From Spirochaetia bacterium (GTDB lineage: Bacteria > Spirochaetota > Spirochaetia > SZUA-6 > Bin103), in NCBI GenBank assembly GCA_965208575.1, contig CBDBOV010000005.1, forward strand, positions 672,001 to 736,000: a stretch of 64,000 nt of DNA, given 5' to 3'. A program made the translations under genes and the position numbers. The notes under the pieces were generated by a model. The model saw only the letters and a list, made by a program, of their open reading frames with translations. It made no database searches and was not told the origin of the DNA. Below are positions 42,170 to 52,469 of the stretch, piece after piece; the stretch's first letter is position 1, and each line of letters opens with the position of its first letter.

Positions 42170-43435
42170 ATGAAACCTGATCGCGGCACTCGCGAGGCCC
42201 TCCCGCCGCCGCTCCATACCGGCACTCCCGGATCGTTCGCGCGCCGCACCATCGAGCAGCGCAAGCACTCGATCATCGCCGACCTGCTCGCGGCCGGCGG
42301 CCTCGCGCCGGCCGCGGTGGCCGGCCTGCGCGCGCTCGATCGCGAGATCGGCGGCGGCCGGTTCAGCGACCCGTTCGCGGCCGGCGGCGGCCCGCCGCTG
42401 GTACCGGCGGAGCGGCACGCCTGGCAGCAGGCGCTCCGCCCGCTGCTCGGCAGACCGTGGCTGGACCTGCCGTGGTACGAGGCGGAGGCCTCGTTCTACC
42501 TGCGCGTGCTCACCGCCACCGGCTACTACGAGCGCGCCGCGCCCGGCTATGGGCGCGATCCGTTTGCCCACCTCAAGCACGCCGAGTTGCAGCGCAACGC
42601 GCCGCGGCTGGCAGCCGAACTGGCGGGCGCCGAGCTGCCGGTGCTGCTGCGCTCGTCGCTGTGGGGCAACCGCGTCGACCTGTCCAACTACGAAATCGAC
42701 CGCGGCCACGCCGGCTCGGTAATCGCATCCGCATCGGCGTCGCCGGACGCCGGCGGCCAGCATGCGCCGGACCAACTGGTGATCGACCACGCCGATGCCG
42801 CGCTGCGCTGCCTGGCCCGCGCCCGGCGCGTGGACATCGCCACCGACAACGCCGGCGCCGAATTGACCTGCGACCTGGCCCTGGTCGCCCGTCTTCTGGC
42901 CTCCGGGGTGCGTCAAGTGCGACTGCACGTGAAGGACGCGCCGTTCTTCGTGTCGGATGCCACCGCTGCCGACGTGCACGGCACGCTGGCGCTGCTGAAC
43001 GCGCAGCCGCCTCCGGCACGCGCGGTCGGGCGTCGCCTTGCCGATGCGCTCGCCACCGGGTCCCTGCGCTTGCAGCCGCACTGGTTCTGGAACGGACCGC
43101 GCCACTACCCTGAACTGCCGGACTGCCTCATCGGCTCGCTGGCGCAGGCGGACCTGGTGGTCTTCAAAGGCGACGTCAACTATCGGCGGCTACTGTCCGA
43201 CCGGCAGTGGCCGGTCGATACGGAGGTCGCCGCAATTGCCGGCTACCTGCCGTCCCCGGCCCTCATACTGCGTACCTTGAAGAGCGAGATCGTGGCCGGC
43301 CTGACGCTGGGGCAGGCCGCGCAACTGGCCCGCCGCGACCGCGACTGGTTGATCAACGGGCGCCGCGGCATCATTCAACTGCTGGGGGGTGGGGAACGCC
43401 GAGGAGCGCAAGCCTCGGCGGGGGTATTCCGATAG
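42170..43435 (+). CDS. DUF89 / ARMT1-like damage-control metal-dependent phosphatase
   Basis: DPF..LK, SLWGNRVDLS, TDNAGAEL..DL, K..PFFVSDAT, FKGDVNYRRL, LRTLKSE. Confidence 0.88.
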   Translation: MKPDRGTREALPPPLHTGTPGSFARRTIEQRKHSIIADLLAAGGLAPAAVAGLRALDREIGGGRFSDPFAAGGGPPLVPAERHAWQQALRPLLGRPWLDLPWYEAEASFYLRVLTATGYYERAAPGYGRDPFAHLKHAELQRNAPRLAAELAGAELPVLLRSSLWGNRVDLSNYEIDRGHAGSVIASASASPDAGGQHAPDQLVIDHADAALRCLARARRVDIATDNAGAELTCDLALVARLLASGVRQVRLHVKDAPFFVSDATAADVHGTLALLNAQPPPARAVGRRLADALATGSLRLQPHWFWNGPRHYPELPDCLIGSLAQADLVVFKGDVNYRRLLSDRQWPVDTEVAAIAGYLPSPALILRTLKSEIVAGLTLGQAAQLARRDRDWLINGRRGIIQLLGGGERRGAQASAGVFR

Positions 43436-43444
43436 ACTAGGGGC

Positions 43445-43729
43445 ATGCACATCTATATGATCCTGCTGCTCGATGCGCACGCAGACGTAGAAGCGCGGGT
43501 CCAAGAGGCCTACCAGGATAGCTACAAGTATAACGCCAATACGTACCTCGTCGTCGACTCAAGCTCCATTACCGAAAATGTCGCCGTGAAGGCAGGGATC
43601 AAGGGTGACGACCGCGTCGAAGATGCCTCCGGGTTCGTCGTCAAGTTGGGTTCACCGCCGTCGTACTCCGGGTTCACTGTCAGGGCACTGTGGGAGTGGC
43701 TCGTTGCCGCGGGAGAGCAAGCAAAATGA
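43445..43729 (+). CDS. Small hypothetical protein (94 aa)
   Basis: Clean ORF in an AT-richer islet, ending in a W.WL motif; ATGA-coupled to the next ORF. Confidence 0.65.
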   Translation: MHIYMILLLDAHADVEARVQEAYQDSYKYNANTYLVVDSSSITENVAVKAGIKGDDRVEDASGFVVKLGSPPSYSGFTVRALWEWLVAAGEQAK

Positions 43730-44061
43730 TGTCACACGGATTGGAAGCAGTCCCCGAGCCACAAGGTGATGAGATAAGCGGTGGTGATGGCGGGGGGGTC
43801 GACCGCCGCCTCACCCGACTGGAAGAGCAGGTGCGCCATCTCACGGGCGATGTAGCGCGGAAGGCCGACATTGAGGCACTCAAGGCCAAGATCGAGGCAA
43901 GCAACACGCGTACCGAGACCGTTAGGACGGAAATCGAGTCGGCCAAGCGTGAACTCACGCAGCAGATTGGCGACAAGCAGGACGCTGCCACGAAGTGGAC
44001 AGTGGGTACCGGTGTGGCGGCCGCGGCCGCGATCGTCGCCTTGCTGAAGCTGATTCCATGA
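43726..44061 (+). CDS. Small coiled-coil protein with C-terminal TM anchor
   Basis: DRRLTRLEEQV...A.KADIEALK coiled coil, then KWTVGTGVAAAAAIVALLKLIP. Confidence 0.65.
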   Translation: MMSHGLEAVPEPQGDEISGGDGGGVDRRLTRLEEQVRHLTGDVARKADIEALKAKIEASNTRTETVRTEIESAKRELTQQIGDKQDAATKWTVGTGVAAAAAIVALLKLIP

Positions 44062-44071
44062 GTTGAACAGT

Positions 44072-46246
44072 TCACCTATCGGCCGACCCGCCTTCGAGCA
44101 GTTCCAGGAACTGCTCCTCGGTTATCACGGTCACCCCGAGCCGCTGCGCCTTGGCCAGCTTGCTGCCGGCGGCGCGTCCGGCAAGCAGGTGCGTGGTGCG
44201 CGAGGTGACGCCGCCGGTGACGCGGCCGCCGCGCGTCTTGATCTCGTCCGCGGCTTGGTCGCGCGGCCGAAACTGCGCGAAGCTTCCTGTCACGCACCAC
44301 GTCTGGCCGGCGAATCGACCCTCGCCCGCGTCATCGGCAGGGACCGGCGGCGGTGCCGTGAAGTTGAGGCCCGCCTCCCGGAGCCGCTTGATGCGGCGCA
44401 CGTTGGCCGCATCGGTGAGCTGCCGGATCACCGCCGCGGCGGTACGCTCCCCGATGCCTTCAATCGCGGTCAGCGGCTCCGGATCACCGGCCGCGGCAGC
44501 CTGCATCATCTTGTCGATGTCATGGTAGCCGGCGGCGATCAGCAGTTCAGTGGCGTTGGGTCCGATTTCCGGCATGCCGAGCGCCGGCAGCACGGTCCGG
44601 AACGGTTGCGCCCGGCTGCGCTCGATGCCCGCCTCGATCAGCGCCACCTTGCGTTCGCCGAAGCCCTCCCAGTCCAGGAGCTGGCCGGTGTCGAACCGGT
44701 AGATGTCTTCGACGTCGCGCAGTACGCCGCGCGCAATGAGCTGGTCGAGCGTCTCGCTGCCGAGATTGTCGATGTCCATCTGCCCGCGGGCGGCGAAGAA
44801 GTGGATGCGCCCGCGCACCTGGTCGCGGCACTGCTCGTTGCGGCAGAAGTGGTGCGCGCCGGCCACCTCCAGCGGCGCAGCGCACGCGGGGCAACGCTCC
44901 GGCATGCGCCAGGTGGTGTTGCCGGCGCTGTTCTTGTCGAGCACCCGCTCCACCGCGGGAATCACGTCGCCGCGCCGGGAAACCGCCACCTGGTCGCCCA
45001 CCGCCAGTTCCAGGGTGTCGATATAGTGCTGGTTGTGCAGGGTGACGTTGGCCACCGTGGTGCCGCCGATCGCCACCGGCGCCACCCGCGCTACCGGCGT
45101 GATGCGCCCCGTGCGGCCCACCTGGATGGCGATCGCCTGCACCGTGCTGTGCGCCTCCGGAGCGTCGAACTTGAACGCCCGCGCCCAGCGTGGGTGGTGG
45201 CCGGTCACGCCGAGTTGGGCGCGCACCGCGGCCTCATTTACCTTGATCACCATGCCGTCGATTTCGTAGTCGAGCCCGGCGCGCCGTCCGGTGGCCCGCT
45301 CAAGCAGCGCCGGCAGTGCCGCCAGCGGCTCTACCCGCCAATCCTCGTGGCGGGTACGCGCCGCATCGAGCTGGTCGGCCGGCACCAGCAGGGCGTTGGA
45401 GGCGTTGACCGGGAAGCCTAGCCTGCGCAGCCGGTCCAGTGAGGAAGCGTGGTCGGGCGGCCCGCCGGCGGCGAACAGCGCTTCGTAGGCGATGAACCGC
45501 AACGGGATGGCGGCCACGTCCCGGCTCTTGACCCGGCGCACGGCACCGGCCGCGAAATTGCGCGGATTGGCGTACGCCTCCTCGGCGGCCGCGTTGAGGC
45601 GCGCGAATTCCGCCAGCGGCAGGAATATCTCGCCGCGCACCGCCACTTCCAGCGGCTCCGGCAGGCGCAGCGGCACCGAGCGGATCGTCTTCACGTTGGC
45701 GGTCACGTCATTGCCCACCGCACCGTTGCCGCGGGTCACCGCCCGCTCCAATGCGCCGCCGCGGTAATACAGGACAATCGACGAGCCGTCGATCTTCTCC
45801 TCCACGGTGAAGCTCAGCGGTGTGCCGGCTGTGCCCGCCGTGCCCGCTGCGCCGGCTGCGGTCGCTGTGCCGGCTGCGGTGGCTGTGCCGGCTGTGCCGG
45901 CTGCGGTGGCTGCGGTGGCTGCGGTGGCGCACTTGTCCATCCACGCGGCCACCTCGGTGGAGCTGTACGCTTTGTCCAGGCTCAGCACCGGCACCGAGTG
46001 GCGCACCTCGGGCAGGTCCTGGCGCAGGTCCGAACCCACGCGCGCGCTCGGCGAGTCGGGCCGCCTCAGTTCGGGATGGTCGGCTTCCAGACGGCACAGC
46101 TCGTCGAACAGTCTGTCGTAGGCGGCATCGCTTGCCGTCGGCCGTGCCAGGACGTGGTACTCGTACTCGTGGCGACGCAGCAACGCGGCGAGTTCCGCAT
46201 GCCGGTCGCAGGGCGCGTGCTTCATGGCGGTTGGTATTGTACTCAC
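44072..46246 (-). CDS. ligA: NAD-dependent DNA ligase
   Basis: SDAAYD, LSLDKAY, EEKIDG, TRGNG, ANPRNFAAG, GRTGRITP, TLHN, zinc finger, BRCT (GSKLAKA). Confidence 0.97.
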   Translation of the reverse strand: MSTIPTAMKHAPCDRHAELAALLRRHEYEYHVLARPTASDAAYDRLFDELCRLEADHPELRRPDSPSARVGSDLRQDLPEVRHSVPVLSLDKAYSSTEVAAWMDKCATAATAATAAGTAGTATAAGTATAAGAAGTAGTAGTPLSFTVEEKIDGSSIVLYYRGGALERAVTRGNGAVGNDVTANVKTIRSVPLRLPEPLEVAVRGEIFLPLAEFARLNAAAEEAYANPRNFAAGAVRRVKSRDVAAIPLRFIAYEALFAAGGPPDHASSLDRLRRLGFPVNASNALLVPADQLDAARTRHEDWRVEPLAALPALLERATGRRAGLDYEIDGMVIKVNEAAVRAQLGVTGHHPRWARAFKFDAPEAHSTVQAIAIQVGRTGRITPVARVAPVAIGGTTVANVTLHNQHYIDTLELAVGDQVAVSRRGDVIPAVERVLDKNSAGNTTWRMPERCPACAAPLEVAGAHHFCRNEQCRDQVRGRIHFFAARGQMDIDNLGSETLDQLIARGVLRDVEDIYRFDTGQLLDWEGFGERKVALIEAGIERSRAQPFRTVLPALGMPEIGPNATELLIAAGYHDIDKMMQAAAAGDPEPLTAIEGIGERTAAAVIRQLTDAANVRRIKRLREAGLNFTAPPPVPADDAGEGRFAGQTWCVTGSFAQFRPRDQAADEIKTRGGRVTGGVTSRTTHLLAGRAAGSKLAKAQRLGVTVITEEQFLELLEGGSADR
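45820..45928 (-). repeat. Degenerate 9-bp in-frame repeat array in ligA (Ala/Thr/Gly linker)
   Basis: GGCTGCGGT/GGCTGTGCC-type units encoding ATAATAATAAGTAGTATAAGT..., just before the KIDG motif. Confidence 0.8.
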
Positions 46247-46308
46247 AAAACAGCCGCGCCGGGCCGCACCGTTGCCGCCATGCGGCCAGGAGTGGTAGCG
46301 TCCGGGGC

Positions 46309-47574
46309 GTGTCTGAGCGACCGCCGGATGCTGCCGAACACGACGATGCGCTTTCGCTGCTCGACCTGGTGGGAGTGCTGGTCAGGCGGCGCTGGCTGAT
46401 CGTTTCGGTCACCGTCATCGGCACGCTGCTGGTGTTCGGCTACGCGCTGCTGTCCCTGGTGCTGCCGGCGTCCAGTTCCTGGAACCTGCTGCCGAACGTG
46501 TATCGGCCGGACGCCAAGGTGCTGCTGGCAGAGGAGGACTCGTCGGGCCTGGGGTCGCTGTCACTGGGGCCCGAGGGTTCCGGCGCACTCGGCCAACTGC
46601 TCGGCGTCACCGGCGGAAACAGCAGCGCGGCGCTGGCCCAGGAGTTGCTGGCGGGACGCACGATTCACGATCGGATTATCGACGAGTTCGACTTGATCGA
46701 GCGGTTCCGCGCCGCCGAGCATCCGCGCAGCGCGGCGCGCGCTCTGGTCGCCGGGTCGCTGCAGTACGAATTCGAACCGGAGTCGGCGATCCTCAGCGTC
46801 GCCTACGAGGACCCCGACCCCGAGTTTGCCGCCGCCGTGCTGGCCCGCATCCTCGTGCTCCTGGAGCAGCGTTTTCGCGCCCTGACCATGGAGACGGTGT
46901 CGTTGCGCAAGCAGCACGTGGAAGAGCGGCTGGCGGCCGTCAGCGCCGACCGGCAGGCGGCTCAGGACCGCCTGGTCGCGTTCCATCGCGCCACGGGCAT
47001 CGTCGACATCCAGGAACAGTCGACCGAGTCGGGCCGCCTGCTCGCGGAGTACAAGCGCGAGTTGCTGACCAAGGAAGTGGAACTGCAGTCGTTGCGCGAG
47101 TTCTTTCCCGACAGCGACGCCTCGGTGGTACAACTGCAGAGCGAGATCGAGATCGTGCGCCGCGTCCTGGACGAATTGCAGAGCGGCTTCAGCTCCTTCT
47201 CGCCGCAGACCATCCCGCGCGATGACCTGCCGGCGGTGGCCGCGGAGTATCTCAACCTGAGCCGCGACCTGGAGCTGCAGGAACAGCTCTACTCGGTGCT
47301 CCGGCAACAGTACGAACTGACCCGAATCGACGAGACCGACCCGTCCCGCACCTTCCAGGTGATCGAGCCGGTCGAGGTACCGGAGGTCCGGCACTGGCCG
47401 AACCGCGCGCTGGTGTGCGTGCTCGCGGCGCTGACCGCGTTCCTGGTCGCGATTCTGGCGGCGTTCTTCCTGGAGTACCTGGTCCGGGTGCGCAACGACC
47501 CGGTGGAAGCCGCCAAGCTGGCGGACATTCGCGCTCACCTGCGCGCCGGCGGCGGGGCGCGTGGGAGTGCCTGA
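46309..47574 (+). CDS. Polysaccharide co-polymerase / chain-length determinant (Wzz/GumC-like)
   Basis: SLLDLVGVL.RRRWLI, TM, Y...AKVL, coiled coil, QVIEP...PE....PNR and C-terminal TM. Confidence 0.85.
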   Translation: MSERPPDAAEHDDALSLLDLVGVLVRRRWLIVSVTVIGTLLVFGYALLSLVLPASSSWNLLPNVYRPDAKVLLAEEDSSGLGSLSLGPEGSGALGQLLGVTGGNSSAALAQELLAGRTIHDRIIDEFDLIERFRAAEHPRSAARALVAGSLQYEFEPESAILSVAYEDPDPEFAAAVLARILVLLEQRFRALTMETVSLRKQHVEERLAAVSADRQAAQDRLVAFHRATGIVDIQEQSTESGRLLAEYKRELLTKEVELQSLREFFPDSDASVVQLQSEIEIVRRVLDELQSGFSSFSPQTIPRDDLPAVAAEYLNLSRDLELQEQLYSVLRQQYELTRIDETDPSRTFQVIEPVEVPEVRHWPNRALVCVLAALTAFLVAILAAFFLEYLVRVRNDPVEAAKLADIRAHLRAGGGARGSA

Positions 47575-47692
47575 GCGGCGCCGTTCGCGCCGGTTCCTGC
47601 GCCCGGCACCAGGCCGCGGCGCCGGCGCGGCGCCCGGGCGCCGGGTCACTGGACGCGGGGCCCCCGGCAGACTAAGGTGCCGCCGTTAGCGC

Positions 47693-50600
47693 ATGTCCCG
47701 ATTCGTCCACCTGCACGTGCACTCCGATTACTCGCTGCTTGACGGCGCCGCCTCGATCGACGCCCTGGTCGACAAGGCGGTGGGGTGCGGCATGAGCCAC
47801 CTGGCCCTCACCGACCACGGCGCCATGTTTGGCGCCGTCGCCTTCCACGACGCCTGCCGGGCGCGCGGCGTCATGCCGCTGGTCGGCTCCGAGTGCTACC
47901 TCAGCCGCGGCTCGCGGCACGACCGCGGCTCCGGCCACGGCAGCCACGACGGCGAACGCGCCTCGCGCAGCTTCCACATGGGCCTGCTGGCGCGCAACGA
48001 GACCGGCTACCGCAACCTGATGCAGCTCTCCACCATCGGCTACACCGAGGGGTTCTACTACCGGCCGCGCATCGACGAGGAGGTGCTCGCCGCCCACGCC
48101 GACGGTCTGGTCGGGTTTTCCGGCTGCCTGTCGGCCAAGATCCCGTGGCTGATCGGGGAGGGCCGGACCGCGGAGGCCACCGACCTGGCGGTGAACTACC
48201 GCGATCTGTTCGGGCCCGGCAACTTCTACCTGGAGTTGCAGAATCACGGGCTGGAGCAGCAGGACACGCTCAACCGGGCACTGATCGAAATGGCGCGCCG
48301 CACGGAGATTCCGCTGGTCGCCACCAACGACGTGCACTACGCCGACCGCGACGACGCGCGCGCCCAGGACGTGCTGATCTGCATCGGCACCGGCAAGCGC
48401 CTGTCCGACACCGACCGCCTGCGCTTCGACAGCCGCGAGTTCTACTTCAAGGACGAGGCCGAAATGCTGCGCCTGTTCGACGGCGTGCCGGAGGCGGTGT
48501 ACAACACCGCGCAGGTGGCCGAGCGCTGCCAGCTCGAGATTCCCCGGCCCGGTCCCCTGCTCCCGGTGTACGAGGTGCCCGACGGCCATACCCAGGAGTC
48601 GTATCTGCGCCACATCGCCGCGGTCGGCCTGGCCGAACGCTACGCCACCGTCACGCCGGAGCTGCGCGCCCGCCTCGACTACGAACTCGGCGTGATCGAA
48701 TCCATGGGCTATGCCGGCTACTTTCTGATCGTGTGGGACTTCATCGCGTTCGCGCGCCGCCGCAGGCTGCCGGTGGGGCCGGGCCGCGGTTCCGGGGCGG
48801 CTTCGCTGGTGGCCTACGCGCTGCGCATCACCGACATCGAACCGTTCGCGTACGGACTGGTGTTCGAGCGCTTCCTCAACCCGGAACGGGTGTCGATGCC
48901 CGACTTCGACATCGATTTCTGCTACGCGCGCAGAGGCGAAGTAATCGACTACGTGGCGAGGAAGTATGGCAAGGAGCGCGTGGCCCAGATCATCACCTTC
49001 GGTACCCTCAAGGCGCGCGCGGCGATCCGCGACGTGGCGCGCGTGCTGGACATCCCGTACGCGGAGGCGGATTCCGTGGCCAAGCTGGTGCCGGGCGGCC
49101 CGAAGAGTGACCTGAAGACGGCGATCGCGCAGGAACCGGGGCTGCGCGCGGTGCGCGAGCGGGGCGGCGCCTATGCCGAGCTGCTCGACATCAGCCTCAA
49201 GCTGGAGGGACTGTCGCGGCACGCCTCCACGCACGCCGCCGGCATCGTGATCGGGCGCGATGCGCTCACCAACTACGTGCCGCTGTACCGCGATACGCGC
49301 AGCGGCGCCATCTCCACGCAGTATACCGGCGAAGACATTCTGCAGGGCTGCGGCCTGGTCAAGATGGACTTTCTCGGCCTCAAGACCCTGACGGTGATCG
49401 AGAACACGGTACGGCTGATTCGTGCCTCGCAGGCGCCCGGCGACGTCCCGTTCGACCTCGCGGAGGTGCCGGAGGACGACGCCGACACCTACCGGATGCT
49501 CGGCGAGGGCAAGGCGACGTGCGTGTTCCAGTTCGAGAGTCCCGGCATGCGCAGCCTGCTGACCCGCGCCCGCCCGCAGCGCATCCAGGACCTGATGGCG
49601 CTGACTTCGCTGTACCGGCCCGGGCCGATGCAGTTCATCGACCAGTTCATCGAGGCCAAGGCGGGCCGCCGGCCGGTGCAGTACCCGCTGCCGGAACTGC
49701 GCCCGGTGCTCGAGGAGACCTACGGCGTCATCATCTACCAGGAACAGGTGATGAAGATCGCCCAGATCGTGGCCGGCTACTCGCTCGGCCAGGCGGACAT
49801 CCTGCGCCGCGCGATGGGCAAGAAGAAGCCGGCGGAGATGGCGCAGCAGCGCGAGCGGTTCATCAGCGGCGCGGCCGAACAGGGCCACCGGCAGAAGGTG
49901 GCGGCGGACCTGTTCGACATGCTCGCACCGTTCGCCGAGTATGGCTTCCCGAAGCCGCACGCCGCCGCGTATTCGATCCTGTCGTTCCAGACCGCCTACC
50001 TCAAGGCGCATCACCGCGCCGAATTCATGGCCGCCAACCTGACCAACGAGATGGCGGACACCGACAAGCTCGCCGACTACATCGGCGAGGCGCGCGACAT
50101 GGGCCTGGAAGTGCTGCCGCCCGACATCAACCGCTCCATCGGAGACTTCTCGGTCGCCGACGGCCGTATCGTGTTCGGCCTGCAGGGAATCAAGAACGTG
50201 GGCACCGGCGCGGTGGCCGAGATCGCGGCGCAGCGCGAGCAGGCGGGTCCCTACGCCAGCTTCACCGAATTCCTGGAGCGGGTGGAGCTGGGGCAGGTCA
50301 ACCGCAAGGTGGTGGAGACGCTGGTGCAGGTCGGCGCGTTCGACGGCCTGGTCGCCGGCGAGGATCGCGCCACCCTGATGGGCAACCTCGAACGGCTGCT
50401 CGACCAGGTCACCGCCGACAAGGAGAGCCGCCGCTACGGCCAGCAGTCGCTGTTCGGCGAAGACGACGGCGAGCTTCCCCGCTACGCGCTCGAGGCGCAC
50501 GCGCCGTGGCCGCAGAGCGAGCTGCTGCGGATCGAAAAGGAAGCGCTCGGCATGTTCTTCTCCGGCCATCCGCTCGACGAGTTCCGCGCGGTCGCCGAGC

Positions 50601-51172
50601 GCAAGGCGGCGGTCCCGCTCGCCGATCTCGGCGCCTGGGCGCGCGAGGGCGCCAAGGGCGAGCGCAAGGTGACGGTGATCGGCGTGGTCGGTGAAATCCG
50701 CGAGATTCAGACCCGCGGCGGCCGGCAGATGGCATTCGCCGCGCTAGAGGACCTGAGCGGCTCCGCCGAGCTGGTGATCTTCGCCGATCCGTTCAGCGCC
50801 AGCCGCGAGCTGCTCGAGGGCGGCGCGGTGGTGGCGGCCACCGGGACCGTGGACCGGAGCCGCGGCGAGCCCAAGGTGCTGGTCGACACCCTGTCCGATC
50901 CGCACCAGCTTCCCGACCGCGCCGCCCGCGCCGCCCGCGCCGCCCGCACCCTGCACCTGCGGCTCGACAGCGCGGTATCCGACGACCGGCTGATCGAGTT
51001 GCGCGAGCGCTGCATGGCGGCGCGCGGCGACCTGGAATTGTTCATCCACTGCATGGGCGGCGACCGGGAGTGGGTGATCAGGGCGAATCACATTCTGCGG
51101 GTAGACGGCGCACCCGACGTGCTGGCCAGGCTGCGCGAGGTGCCCGAGGTGAGCGAGGCATGGACGGAATGA
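47693..51172 (+). CDS. dnaE: DNA polymerase III alpha subunit
   Basis: FVHLHVHSDYSLLDG, LTDHG, PGRGSGAASLV, ERFLNPERVSMPDFDIDF, KMDFLGL, YGF.K.HAAAY. Confidence 0.98.
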   Translation: MSRFVHLHVHSDYSLLDGAASIDALVDKAVGCGMSHLALTDHGAMFGAVAFHDACRARGVMPLVGSECYLSRGSRHDRGSGHGSHDGERASRSFHMGLLARNETGYRNLMQLSTIGYTEGFYYRPRIDEEVLAAHADGLVGFSGCLSAKIPWLIGEGRTAEATDLAVNYRDLFGPGNFYLELQNHGLEQQDTLNRALIEMARRTEIPLVATNDVHYADRDDARAQDVLICIGTGKRLSDTDRLRFDSREFYFKDEAEMLRLFDGVPEAVYNTAQVAERCQLEIPRPGPLLPVYEVPDGHTQESYLRHIAAVGLAERYATVTPELRARLDYELGVIESMGYAGYFLIVWDFIAFARRRRLPVGPGRGSGAASLVAYALRITDIEPFAYGLVFERFLNPERVSMPDFDIDFCYARRGEVIDYVARKYGKERVAQIITFGTLKARAAIRDVARVLDIPYAEADSVAKLVPGGPKSDLKTAIAQEPGLRAVRERGGAYAELLDISLKLEGLSRHASTHAAGIVIGRDALTNYVPLYRDTRSGAISTQYTGEDILQGCGLVKMDFLGLKTLTVIENTVRLIRASQAPGDVPFDLAEVPEDDADTYRMLGEGKATCVFQFESPGMRSLLTRARPQRIQDLMALTSLYRPGPMQFIDQFIEAKAGRRPVQYPLPELRPVLEETYGVIIYQEQVMKIAQIVAGYSLGQADILRRAMGKKKPAEMAQQRERFISGAAEQGHRQKVAADLFDMLAPFAEYGFPKPHAAAYSILSFQTAYLKAHHRAEFMAANLTNEMADTDKLADYIGEARDMGLEVLPPDINRSIGDFSVADGRIVFGLQGIKNVGTGAVAEIAAQREQAGPYASFTEFLERVELGQVNRKVVETLVQVGAFDGLVAGEDRATLMGNLERLLDQVTADKESRRYGQQSLFGEDDGELPRYALEAHAPWPQSELLRIEKEALGMFFSGHPLDEFRAVAERKAAVPLADLGAWAREGAKGERKVTVIGVVGEIREIQTRGGRQMAFAALEDLSGSAELVIFADPFSASRELLEGGAVVAATGTVDRSRGEPKVLVDTLSDPHQLPDRAARAARAARTLHLRLDSAVSDDRLIELRERCMAARGDLELFIHCMGGDREWVIRANHILRVDGAPDVLARLREVPEVSEAWTE

Positions 51173-52446
51173 GGGACCGAATCGGCATCGGACTGGTGGG
51201 GCTGGGCACCGTGGGCGGGGCGTTTGCGCGCCTCGTCGAGGACAACGGCGAACTGCTGCACCGTCGTTACGGCGTGCGCGTGGAGCTGGTCCGGGTGGGC
51301 GTCGCGCGTCTCGGCAAGCCGCGGCAGGTGGCCGCCGACCTGCTGGTGGAGGGCTACGAGAAGGTGCTCGGCGACCCCCGCGTCGACGTGGTGGTGGAAC
51401 TGATGGGCGGCGTCGAGCATCCGCGCGAGCTGATCACCAGCGCCCTGCGCGCCGGCAAGCACGTCATCACCGGCAACAAGGCGCTGATAGCCGAGCACGG
51501 CGAAGAGCTGCTGACGCTCGCGCACCGGCACGGCGTGCAGTTTCGCTTCGAGGCGTCGGTGTGCGGCGGCATCCCGGTCATCAAGGTGATTCGCGAGAGC
51601 CTCAGCGCCAACCGGATCCGCAGCCTGACCGGCATCGTCAACGGCACCACCAACTACATCCTGACCCGCATGACCGCATCGGGCGCCTCGTTCGGCGACG
51701 CGCTCGCCGAGGCCCAGGAGCGCGGCTTCGCGGAAGCGGATCCCACCCTGGACGTGGACGGCACCGACGCGGTGCAGAAGATGGCAATTCTGTGCAGCCT
51801 CGCGTTCGGCGGCTGGTGCAGCTACCGCGACGCCCTCTGGCAGGGCATCGAAAGCGTTACCGCAAAGGATGTCGAATTCGCGGCGATGTCGGGATTCGTG
51901 TTCAAGCTGGTCGCCATGGGCAGGGTGATCGACGGCATGACCTCGGTGGCGGTGTTTCCCGCCCTGGTTGCCACCGGCCACCCGCTGGCGTCGGTGCGCG
52001 ACGAATTCAATGCCGTGATGATCGACTCCGATTTCCAGGGGCCGTCGGTGCTGATCGGCCGCGGCGCGGGCGACCGGCCGTCGGCGTCGTCGGTGGCGGC
52101 CGACCTCGCAGACCTGCTCGCCGGCAGCGCGCCCGCCGGACCGGCGCCGCCGCGCAGCAATCTGTACCCCGCGGAGCAGTTGACGTTCCGCTACTACTTT
52201 CACTTCGTGACCGAGAATCGTCCCGGCATCTGGGCGCAGGTAACCGGCCTGCTCGCCGAACACGAAATCAACATCGAGTCGGTGCACCAGAAGTGGGAGG
52301 ATCCCGATCAACCTTCCGATCTGTACGTGCTCGTGGATCCGGTTGCCGAGCACCGCGCCCGCGCCGCGCTGGCCGCCATCAGCGCCGCGCCGGGGATCTT
52401 CCCGGAGTCGCGATTCTATCGCATACTTCCGGATGAACAGGGGTAG
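51169..52446 (+). CDS. hom: Homoserine dehydrogenase with C-terminal ACT domain
   Basis: GLGTVG, VELMGG, TGNKA, FEASVCGGIP, GIVNGTTNYIL, AEADPTLDVDG, GRGAG. Confidence 0.95.
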   Translation: MRDRIGIGLVGLGTVGGAFARLVEDNGELLHRRYGVRVELVRVGVARLGKPRQVAADLLVEGYEKVLGDPRVDVVVELMGGVEHPRELITSALRAGKHVITGNKALIAEHGEELLTLAHRHGVQFRFEASVCGGIPVIKVIRESLSANRIRSLTGIVNGTTNYILTRMTASGASFGDALAEAQERGFAEADPTLDVDGTDAVQKMAILCSLAFGGWCSYRDALWQGIESVTAKDVEFAAMSGFVFKLVAMGRVIDGMTSVAVFPALVATGHPLASVRDEFNAVMIDSDFQGPSVLIGRGAGDRPSASSVAADLADLLAGSAPAGPAPPRSNLYPAEQLTFRYYFHFVTENRPGIWAQVTGLLAEHEINIESVHQKWEDPDQPSDLYVLVDPVAEHRARAALAAISAAPGIFPESRFYRILPDEQG

Positions 52447-52469
52447 AGGCCCGTTCTGGTACGGTCGTA

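Noticed and set aside
44072-51172. Inteins in ligA or dnaE
   Set aside because: Protein lengths are normal and the inserts are short low-complexity repeats without splicing motifs.
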